IMG/VR virus record: IMGVR_UViG_2695420600_000010
Source of the DNA: a virus
Taxonomy: Duplodnaviria; Heunggongvirae; Uroviricota; Caudoviricetes
Direction: 5' to 3' (one strand)
DNA: 5,019 bases
Position 1 is the first letter of the stretch, and every line of letters begins with the position of its first letter. Shown here piece after piece: positions 1-5,019 of the stretch. The notes beneath the pieces are model-generated. The model saw nothing but the letters and a program-made list of their open reading frames with translations. It had not been told where the DNA came from and did not search any database. The position numbers were made by a program, and so were the translations under genes.

Positions 1-1
1 G

Positions 2-658
2 CAAAAGTGTAGCGGTATTAAGCGCAGCTATTTAGCTATTGGAGCTACTGATAACGCACTGGGTGAAAACTCCATTGTTCTGGGAGATAACGACACCGGA
101 TTTAGGCAAGATGGAGATGGTATTATTAGCTTCTATTCAAATGGTTCGCGCATCGGACATATTGATGAGTTAGGATTACATCTTTATAAAGATATTGAAT
201 CTAATGGCAGCAATTTTAGATTAAAAAGTAATTACCGCCACCACATTACATTCGCCAACGAAGACGGAAGAATTCGTATGTTTTTGTGGAAAGATAACGG
301 TGGTGATGGTGTTCATATTAATAACGGTTCAGATGGTGGTGGTGATTTCATTTTTAAAACAGATGGGGGATTTGCGCTGGGAAGTGGTGCGCAAGTTGCG
401 TCTAGTGGCGATATTTATGGTTCAGTGTGGGAAAACAACTGGTTAAGCACATGGCTGCATAATCATGTCGTTCGGGATATTCGTCTTGGCAGCATTGAAT
501 ATAAAAACGTATGGCGCGACTACGGCTTTGGCGATGCGTCAGGTTATGTTTTAACAGCCGCAATTAACAGCAATGCGGATGATATTGTCGACACTGTTGC
601 CAGAAGGCCAATTCAGAAATTGATTGGGGGAATATGGTACAACGTGGGGAGTGTTTAA
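2..658 (+). CDS. stf: Phage side tail fibre protein, C-terminal (variable) cassette; 5' end lies upstream of the window
   Basis: Frame 2 is open from position 2 to TAA at 656-658 (the ORF track reports only the Met-initiated part, 278..658). The translation contains ...[14 protein letters not shown]... and ends ...[18 protein letters not shown], paralogous to the minus-strand cassette ([16 protein letters not shown] ... [17 protein letters not shown]). Gly/Asn/Ser-rich composition typical of enterobacterial phage tail-fibre tips; the stop is 1 nt before the tfa start. Confidence 0.8.
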   Translation, partial: QKCSGIKRSYLAIGATDNALGENSIVLGDNDTGFRQDGDGIISFYSNGSRIGHIDELGLHLYKDIESNGSNFRLKSNYRHHITFANEDGRIRMFLWKDNGGDGVHINNGSDGGGDFIFKTDGGFALGSGAQVASSGDIYGSVWENNWLSTWLHNHVVRDIRLGSIEYKNVWRDYGFGDASGYVLTAAINSNADDIVDTVARRPIQKLIGGIWYNVGSV

Positions 659-659
659 G

Positions 660-1187
660 ATGATGCACCTGAAAAATATTAAGGCCGGGAATCCGAAAAC
701 ACCGGAACAATACCAGCTAACTAAAAAAGCGGGCGTGGTATGGCTCTTTTGCGAAGATGGCAAAAACTGGTATGAGGAACAAAAGAATTTTCAGCCAGAC
801 ACCATAAAAATTGCTTACGATGAGAACAACATCATCGTTGCTGTCAGTAAAGACGTTTCAACTATTAATCCTGAAGGGCTAAGCATAGTTGAAGTTCCTG
901 ATATTACGGCAAATCGTCACGCAGACAATAACGGAAAATGGATGTTTCTGGATGGTAAAGTAGTAAAGAGGGAATATACAGAACAGGAACTGCAACAACA
1001 GGCCGAATCACAAAAGGCCGCATTGCTTTCCGAAGCTGAATCAGTCATCCAGCCGCTGGAACGCGCTGTCAGGCTGAATATGGCAACAGACGAGGAACGC
1101 ACACGACTGGAAGCATGGGAACGCTACAGTGTTCTGGTCAGCCGTGTGGATACGGCAAATCCTGAATGGCCACAAAAGCCTGAATAA
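660..1187 (+). CDS. tfa: Tail fibre assembly protein (Tfa chaperone)
   Basis: ORF track 624..1187. Preferred start is ATG ATG at 660/663, preceded by GGGGAG (645-650), because the product then begins [22 protein letters not shown], aligning with the start of the paralogous minus-strand Tfa' ([22 protein letters not shown]). C-terminus ...[20 protein letters not shown] is the conserved Tfa tail also seen in the three tfa remnants downstream. Confidence 0.85.
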   Translation: MMHLKNIKAGNPKTPEQYQLTKKAGVVWLFCEDGKNWYEEQKNFQPDTIKIAYDENNIIVAVSKDVSTINPEGLSIVEVPDITANRHADNNGKWMFLDGKVVKREYTEQELQQQAESQKAALLSEAESVIQPLERAVRLNMATDEERTRLEAWERYSVLVSRVDTANPEWPQKPE

Positions 1188-1192
1188 AAATT

Positions 1193-1212
1193 AAGGCCCG
1201 ATAGCGGGCCTT
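1193..1212. terminator. Candidate bidirectional intrinsic terminator between the convergent tfa genes
   Basis: Perfect 8-bp inverted repeat aaggcccg (1193-1200) / cgggcctt (1205-1212) with a 4-nt loop; A-run 1186-1190 on one side (a U-tract for the minus-strand transcript) and a T/C-rich run on the other. Sits between the stop of tfa (1187) and the stop of tfa' (1216). Confidence 0.45.
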
Positions 1213-1215
1213 CTC

Positions 1216-1749
1216 TCATTCTGGTTGTTCGGGAAACGTTACTGGCAGGCTGGAGGTGTCTGTGGATTCAACCTTCTGCGCATAGAGCATCCACTCGGTT
1301 AATTTTTGTTTATTCTCATCGGAAATGATGCCCAGCTGTAGCTGAGAGTCCCACAGCTGGGTTTTATCCCTGACGAGCTGCAGCAGGCTCTGCTTTTCAT
1401 TTTCCGCTTGTTGCCTTTGCTCTTCCTCGGTATAAGTTCGCTTTATCACCGCACCATCTTTGAACATCCAGTTGCCCGAAATATCAGCCCGGCGATTTGC
1501 TGTAATATCAGGCAACTCAACGACACTTAAACCTTCTGGATTAATTGCTGATACATCCTTGTCTATAGCAATAATTATTCCCTCAACTGTGTAAGCCAGT
1601 TTTATTGTATCCTCCTGAAAGTTTTTTAATTCCTCATGCCAATTTTTTCCATCTTCGGACCATAACCAGATAACATCAAAATTCTTTGTTAGCTGGTATT
1701 GTTCAACGGTTTTTGGATTACCTGCGACAATGTTTTTTAAATGCTGCAT
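1216..1749 (-). CDS. tfa: Tail fibre assembly protein, alternative (inverted-orientation) copy
   Basis: 177-aa ORF on the minus strand, [40 protein letters not shown]..., collinear paralogue of the plus-strand Tfa (shared N-terminus, ...[16 protein letters not shown]..., acidic/Gln-rich C-terminal part). Start ATG at 1747-1749 lies 2 nt after the stop of the stf' reading frame. Confidence 0.85.
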   Translation of the reverse strand: MQHLKNIVAGNPKTVEQYQLTKNFDVIWLWSEDGKNWHEELKNFQEDTIKLAYTVEGIIIAIDKDVSAINPEGLSVVELPDITANRRADISGNWMFKDGAVIKRTYTEEEQRQQAENEKQSLLQLVRDKTQLWDSQLQLGIISDENKQKLTEWMLYAQKVESTDTSSLPVTFPEQPE

Positions 1750-1751
1750 GA

Positions 1752-1898
1752 TTATACCTGCGATACGTTATACCATGTTCCGTTAATTAACTTTTGTATT
1801 GGTCTGAATACTGCCGGATCATCACCATCGACTTCACCGATAATACCAAGCCCCGTGATTACATGGCCTGATTTTTCATACATCACGCCTTTCTTCAT
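1752..1898 (-). CDS. C-terminal segment of the silent stf' cassette, separated from the main stf' frame by an in-frame TAG
   Basis: Same frame as the 1902..2513 ORF. Translation [48 protein letters not shown] ends with the same motif as the plus-strand Stf C-terminus ([18 protein letters not shown]). Not in the ORF track, presumably because it is short. Confidence 0.6.
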   Translation of the reverse strand: MKKGVMYEKSGHVITGLGIIGEVDGDDPAVFRPIQKLINGTWYNVSQV

Positions 1899-1901
1899 GG
1901 T

Positions 1902-2678
1902 CTAAACAACTCGTGTGCCAAGTCTGACATCTCTCACATAGCGGGAATCAAAGTTACCGTAATCCGAGGGATTAACACGTCCCGTAATATTTATGGTTTT
2001 ATTACTTTGAATGCTTCCGGAGACAAAGCGCATAACATGGACGTTATTAGCATAAACATCCAGATTACCATCGCCTTTTTGTTTAAAGCCCGTGTCATTA
2101 TCACCCAATACAATCGAATTACCGCCAAGAGCACTGGATGTTCCGATACCCAGTGCACCATTCAGTTGACCACCAGATAACGGCAGTGCACCAACATCTC
2201 CTGCTGAAGGTTTTCTGGTGGTGTAAAATTCGGACCAGTCGGCTTCAAAACCATAACCATCACGGGCTGAACGATAAAAAATACCGCCATTTTTATAATT
2301 AATCCGAAACTGAGCTGCAGGACAACTTCCTTCTCCCATATAAAAATGAATAATTAACGTTGATGCACCACTAATAGTTGCGTTATAGGCTCCGCTACTC
2401 CAGTTCCATCCAACTGCTTTATCATTCGCAACGGTGCTTCCTGTTTTCCCTAAGGCAAACGCACCAACATGACTTGCTTTTAATGTGATATCGGAGGAAC
2501 CATCAAAAGCCACATTGCTTATTTTCCTGGCAGTTTTTAATTTTGCAGCTGTAGAAGCATTGCCGGATAGTTCACCAGAAAGGCCACCGCTGAATGTTTG
2601 TCGATTAGTCCAGGTATTCGCTGTACTGAGTAACGGTATTTTCTCCCCGCTTGTGCCGAGTTCTCGTAAACCGAGGTT
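1902..2678 (-). CDS. stf: Silent alternative tail-fibre C-terminal cassette (stf'), no start codon of its own
   Basis: The minus-strand frame is open from the crossover site (a TAA at 2679-2681 on the minus strand closes it inside the site) to TAG at 1902-1904; the ORF track shows only the GTG-initiated part 1902..2513. Translation ...[28 protein letters not shown]...RYVRDVRLG is paralogous to the plus-strand Stf. The arrangement is that of the unexpressed S'v cassette of Mu G / P1 C / e14 P segments. Confidence 0.75.
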   Translation of the reverse strand, partial: NLGLRELGTSGEKIPLLSTANTWTNRQTFSGGLSGELSGNASTAAKLKTARKISNVAFDGSSDITLKASHVGAFALGKTGSTVANDKAVGWNWSSGAYNATISGASTLIIHFYMGEGSCPAAQFRINYKNGGIFYRSARDGYGFEADWSEFYTTRKPSAGDVGALPLSGGQLNGALGIGTSSALGGNSIVLGDNDTGFKQKGDGNLDVYANNVHVMRFVSGSIQSNKTINITGRVNPSDYGNFDSRYVRDVRLGTRVV

Positions 2679-2686
2679 TTAGATAA
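2661..2686. other. Crossover site for a Gin/Pin/Hin/Cin-family serine DNA invertase (gix/hix-like), right boundary of the invertible segment
   Basis: Sequence ttctcgtaaacc-ga-ggttttagataa is two imperfectly inverted 12-bp half-sites around a 2-bp core. It closely matches my recollection of gix (TTCCTGTAAACCGAGGTTTTGGATAA) and hixL (TTCTTGAAAACCAAGGTTTTTGATAA). It lies about 55 bp upstream of the invertase start and exactly where the silent stf' frame opens. Confidence 0.75.
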
Positions 2687-2740
2687 TGGCGGTTTCTGGC
2701 CTGCATGGCATGATTTGTGCTTTTGGACGGGAGATTCAGC

Positions 2741-2974
2741 GTGCTGATTGGCTATGTAAGGGTATCAACAAATGACCAGAATACAGACCTGCAACGAAAC
2801 GCTCTTGTTTGTGCAGGATATGAACAAATATTTGAAGATAAATTAAGCGGAACAAGGACAGGCCGACCTGGATTAAAACGTGCTTTAAAGCGCCTTCAAA
2901 AAGGTGACGCACTGGTTGTCTGAAAACTGGACTGACTGGGTCACTGTATGCGGCATCTTGTCGTGCTGGTGGTG
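2741..2974 (+). pseudogene. pin: Serine DNA invertase (Pin/Gin family), N-terminal catalytic region only; inactivated by two in-frame TGA codons and 3' truncation
   Basis: GTG start at 2741 preceded by GGGAGA (2729-2734). Translation MLIGYVRVSTNDQNTDLQRNALVCAGYEQIFEDKLSGTRTGRPGLKRALKRLQKGDALVV*KLD*LGHCMRHLVVLVVE is near-collinear with the Gin/Pin N-terminus as I recall it (MLIGYVRVSTNDQNTDLQRNALVCAGCEQIFEDKLSGTRTDRPGLKRALKRLQKGDTLVVWKLDRLGRSMKHLISLVGELRE). TGA at 2921-2923 replaces the Trp codon and TGA at 2933-2935 replaces the Arg codon. Invertase homology ends near 2974, where tfa homology begins. The ORF track entry 2717..2923 is this gene with an upstream GTG. Confidence 0.85.
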
Positions 2975-3087
2975 GAAGCCTAGAAAAAGTATCGGGTGTT
3001 GCTGAACCGTGTTGATACATCAACTGCACCTGATATTGAGTGGCCTACGAACCCTGTCAGGGAGTAATCATTGGGATTATGCCGCAG
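2974..3087 (+). repeat. tfa 3'-end remnant, copy A (last ~24 codons of a Tfa plus ~40 bp downstream), fused in frame to the invertase pseudogene
   Basis: 2974-3046 matches 4023-4095 (copy B) with 2 mismatches (59 bp identical at 2988-3046 / 4036-4094). 2989-3087 matches 4874-4972 (copy C) with about 6 mismatches. Encodes ...(A)[27 protein letters not shown], i.e. a Tfa C-terminus. Confidence 0.7.
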
Positions 3088-3115
3088 CACGTCTTAAGCA
3101 AGAACGTGCTGCGGT
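3081..3115. terminator. Stable hairpin at the left border of the methyltransferase cassette; weak terminator candidate
   Basis: 11-bp perfect inverted repeat ccgcagcacgt (3082-3092) / acgtgctgcgg (3104-3114) with an 11-nt loop cttaagcaaga. On the plus strand a T-run (3124-3130) follows only after an 8-9 nt spacer; on the minus strand it lies 8 nt past the methyltransferase stop but has no U-tract. Function is therefore uncertain. Confidence 0.3.
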
Positions 3116-3121
3116 TGGATG

Positions 3122-3790
3122 CTATTTTTTCCCTGAAGCGGAAAACATTACTACAGTACCTTGAACCTTGGTTTTAACATTCTCGAAATGCTCTGAGAGT
3201 ATATGTGTTAAGCCTTCTTCGGAATCTTTTGTGTTTGAAAAGATGCCTTTCTGATTGTAAATGCGCATCAGTTTTTGACCGAAGCTATTGTGCACAACTC
3301 CATCGCCAAGAATTGTGGCTCCGTATAGAGTTCCATCATCAGTTAAGGCCTGCGCCGCATTGCGTATTACACAGCTTTTTGTAGATATATTTCCAGGCAG
3401 GCAGTGAAGAAGGTAAAACATGGAAATGGAATCAAATTGACCATGTAACGCCGCGGGATAAGGTTCAAAAACATCATGGCTAATTTTATGTTTAATTTTT
3501 GATTCCCCAGCCCTTGTAGATGCCGCGTTCAGGCTAGCTTCGTTCAAATCCATTAAAGATATCAGACTACTCTCAGGTACGTGAGTAAGGTAAAACCCAG
3601 TTCCAACACCAATATCCAGATGGTTGTTACCTAAATGTTCCAGAAAGTGTGGAAGAAGGTGTTCCTTTGTAGGACATCCCCATGCAAGCCGATTTGATAC
3701 TCCCAAAACCCACCAGTCATAAAGCTTTAGGGTAAGTGGTGTGTAAATTTTAGCCCCATCATCTGTGTTTGTTTTCATTGATTTCACCAT
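3122..3790 (-). CDS. Class I (Rossmann-fold) SAM-dependent methyltransferase, substrate unknown
   Basis: 222-aa ORF. Contains the glycine-rich SAM-binding motif I (HLDIGVGTGFY), an acidic residue one beta-strand later (SLMDLNEASL), and further Rossmann-type motifs (FDSISMFYLLHC, DDGTLYGATI). I find no (D/N/S)PP(Y/F/W) or PCQ motif, so an N6/N4/C5 DNA methyltransferase is unlikely. An alternative start is the ATG at 3776-3778 (MKTNTDDG...), which has a GGTGA Shine-Dalgarno 5 nt upstream; the first ATG (3788-3790) has none. Confidence 0.8.
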   Translation of the reverse strand: MVKSMKTNTDDGAKIYTPLTLKLYDWWVLGVSNRLAWGCPTKEHLLPHFLEHLGNNHLDIGVGTGFYLTHVPESSLISLMDLNEASLNAASTRAGESKIKHKISHDVFEPYPAALHGQFDSISMFYLLHCLPGNISTKSCVIRNAAQALTDDGTLYGATILGDGVVHNSFGQKLMRIYNQKGIFSNTKDSEEGLTHILSEHFENVKTKVQGTVVMFSASGKK

Positions 3791-3847
3791 GTTATAGTTT
3801 TATTTGTGAATTAAATCAATTATGGCGATGAATTACAAGGGGTTAAA
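3791..3847 (-). promoter_or_regulatory. Candidate sigma70-type promoter(s) for the methyltransferase gene
   Basis: On the minus strand: TTTAAC (plus 3842-3847), 17-bp spacer, CATAAT (plus 3819-3824), about 35 nt upstream of the ATG; or TTGATT (3814-3819), 17 bp, TATAAC (3791-3796), abutting the first ATG. Hexamer matching by eye only. Confidence 0.25.
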
Positions 3848-3882
3848 TGCTGCCGCAGCATAGCGATATTGAAATAGCCTAG

Positions 3883-4116
3883 TATGCTTCGATACAGCAG
3901 GAGCCGAATGGCTGGAAGACCGTCACCACACAGTTCTACATCCAGGAATTCAGTGAGCATATTGCGCCACTTCAGGATGCTGTAGATCTGGAGATCGCAA
4001 CGGAGGAAGAAAACTCGTTGCTGGAAGCCTGGAAGAAGTATCGGGTGTTGCTGAACCGTGTTGATACATCAACTGCACCTGATATTGAGTGGCCGGAAGA
4101 ACCAGACACAATGTAA
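3883..4116 (+). pseudogene. tfa: Tail fibre assembly protein, 3' fragment (copy B): about 77 C-terminal codons, no start or N-terminal half
   Basis: Frame 1 after TAG at 3880-3882 translates [77 protein letters not shown]. This is collinear with the C-terminus of the intact plus-strand Tfa (...[42 protein letters not shown]...). Too short and start-less to appear in the ORF track. Confidence 0.75.
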
Positions 4117-4242
4117 GGCAGTATGACTTTCCGTGAGACAGATGCTGGCCAACGTGGGATATTTAACGCGGGTTAACATCGTTGTCAGAGCCGCATGGGT
4201 GAGCTGTTGCTACACCCCGGTATTTCCACCACGGAGGCCAGC

Positions 4243-4832
4243 ATGAACAACAATAACACATTGTACGTCGGGTTAGATGTTCACAAAGAATCGATTACTG
4301 TCGCTTATGCTATCAATTCAGAACCTGTTGAACTGATGGGTAAAATTGGCACATCACCTACTGATATTCAGAATCTTTGTAAACGTCTCAGGTCAAAGTC
4401 ATCGCAGGTCAGTATCGTTTATGAAGCGGGGCCCTGTGGTTATGGACTTTATCGTCGGCTGGTGAAATCCGGTTTTGACTGCATGGTCTGCGCCCCCTCA
4501 CTTATCCCGAAAAAACCGGGGGAGCGGGTTAAAACCGATCGCCGTGATGCCATCAGACTTGTGCGTTCACTGCGTGCAGGAGATCTTTCTGCTGTCTACG
4601 TACCCGGCATTGAAGATGAGGCATTCCGGGATTTGGCCCGGGCATGGGCATCTGCCCGCGATGATTTACGGCATGCAAGGCAACGTCTGAAATCGTTTCT
4701 TCTGGTTCATGGGGTCCATTATGTCGGGCGAGCAGATTGGGGCCCTGCACACCGACGCTGGCTCAGCAAATACTCATTCGAAAGTCCCTGGCGACAATTA
4801 GCTTTTGACGAACACCGTCGTACAATAGAAGA
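4243..4832 (+). CDS. IS110-family (DEDD) transposase, N-terminal ~196 aa; 3' part lost in the scaffold gap
   Basis: ORF track 4195..4890. Preferred start ATG 4243 with GGAGG (4233-4237) 5 nt upstream. MNNNNTLYVGLDVHKESITVAYA..., ...SIVYEAGPCGYGLYRRL..., ...RVKTDRRDAIRLVRSLRAGDL... reproduce the N-terminal DEDD catalytic-domain signatures of IS110/IS1111-family transposases. The reading frame runs into the N-run at 4833. Confidence 0.85.
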
Positions 4833-4873
4833 NNNNNNNNNNNNNNNNNNNNNNNNNNNNNNNNNNNNNNNNN
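4833..4873. other. Assembly/scaffold gap (41 N)
   Basis: Uninterrupted run of n. The flanks are not continuous: IS110 transposase on the left, tfa remnant on the right. Confidence 0.95.
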
Positions 4874-4971
4874 ATATCGGGTATTGTTGAATCGTGTTGA
4901 TACATCAACTGCACCTGATATTGAGTGGCCTGCAAATCCTGTCAGGGAGTAATCATTGGGATTATGCCGCA
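4874..4971 (+). repeat. tfa 3'-end remnant, copy C, truncated on the left by the gap and on the right by IS1
   Basis: 4874-4972 aligns to 2989-3087 (copy A) with about 6 mismatches, including the downstream non-coding stretch cctgtcagggagtaatcattgggattatgccgcag. Encodes ...IGYC*-frame Tfa tail ...[19 protein letters not shown]. Confidence 0.7.
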
Positions 4972-5019
4972 GGTGATGCTGCCAACTTACTGATTTAGTG
5001 TATGATGGTGTTTTTGAGG
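4972..5019 (+). mobile_element. IS1 left end (IRL and first 48 bp), continuing beyond the window
   Basis: ggtgatgctgccaacttactgatttagtgtatgatggtgtttttgagg matches the IS1 left terminus as I recall it (GGTGATGCTGCCAACTTACTGAT... IRL followed by the insA leader). The element runs off the window, so insA/insB and any target duplication are not visible. Confidence 0.9.

Noticed and set aside
1-120. Search for the left (inverted) crossover site near the start of the window
   Set aside because: No sequence resembling ttatctaaaacctcggtttacgagaa is present; by proportion with the minus-strand cassette the site should lie upstream of the window.
624-659. Upstream ATG (624) proposed by the ORF track as the tfa start
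   Set aside because: It would overlap the stf 3' end by 35 nt and add 12 residues absent from the paralogous Tfa'; ATG 660 has a good Shine-Dalgarno and gives the conserved N-terminus.
551-763. 70-aa minus-strand ORF overlapping the stf/tfa junction
   Set aside because: Antisense to two well-supported phage genes, no recognisable motifs, Cys/Phe-rich low-complexity translation; treated as a spurious overlapping ORF.
917-1102. 61-aa minus-strand ORF inside tfa
   Set aside because: Entirely antisense to the plus-strand tfa; Ser/Cys-rich nonsense-like translation.
2485-2682. 65-aa plus-strand ORF across the crossover site
   Set aside because: Antisense to the silent stf' cassette and spanning the recombination site; no ribosome-binding site or homology.
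2736-3029. 97-aa minus-strand ORF
   Set aside because: Antisense to the invertase pseudogene and tfa remnant A, whose homology is unambiguous on the plus strand.
3079-3177. 32-aa plus-strand ORF starting at the ATG inside the shared tfa-downstream sequence
   Set aside because: The AGGGAG upstream is about 15 nt from the ATG (too far), the ORF runs antisense through the hairpin and the methyltransferase 3' end, and in copy C the same ATG reads directly into IS1.
3122-3790. Methyltransferase as the modification half of a restriction-modification or other DNA-modification defence system
   Set aside because: No (D/N/S)PP(Y/F/W) or PCQ catalytic motif, no target-recognition domain, and no neighbouring endonuclease ORF; the fold signature is that of small-molecule/protein/RNA class I methyltransferases. 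Cannot be excluded without HMM searches.
4475-4750. Two overlapping short ORFs (4475..4690 plus, 4553..4750 minus) inside the transposase gene
   Set aside because: Alternative frames of the IS110-family transposase with no independent support.
3883-4972. tfa fragments B and C as two halves of one tfa gene split by the IS110-family insertion
   Set aside because: B and C overlap by about 57 bp of the same tfa region, so they are separate copies, or the scaffold join is artefactual.
1-5019. CRISPR array, tRNA or rRNA genes
   Set aside because: No regularly spaced direct repeats with unique spacers, and no cloverleaf-like or rRNA-like conserved stretches seen; the only repeats are the tfa 3'-end family and IS termini.

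Overview
This window looks like a decaying enterobacterial (E. coli/Shigella-like) prophage tail-fibre module, read by eye from sequence and translation only. Positions 1-2700 carry a Gin/Pin/Hin-type invertible host-range segment: a tail-fibre C-terminal cassette (stf) plus tfa on the plus strand, head-to-head with a second tfa' and a silent stf' cassette on the minus strand, bounded on the right by a 26-bp gix/hix-like crossover site (2661-2686). The adjacent invertase gene (from 2741) is a pseudogene with two in-frame TGA stops, fused at about 2975 to a tfa 3'-end remnant. Downstream are a minus-strand class I SAM-dependent methyltransferase cargo gene (3122-3790) sandwiched between tfa 3'-end remnants, an IS110-family transposase cut off by a 41-N scaffold gap (4833-4873), a third tfa 3'-end remnant, and the left end of IS1 (4972-5019). 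I see no rRNA, tRNA or CRISPR array. The most interesting candidates are the frozen invertible switch and the methyltransferase cassette bracketed by a 10-bp direct repeat and palindromes; neither can be confirmed as a novel system without database searches.
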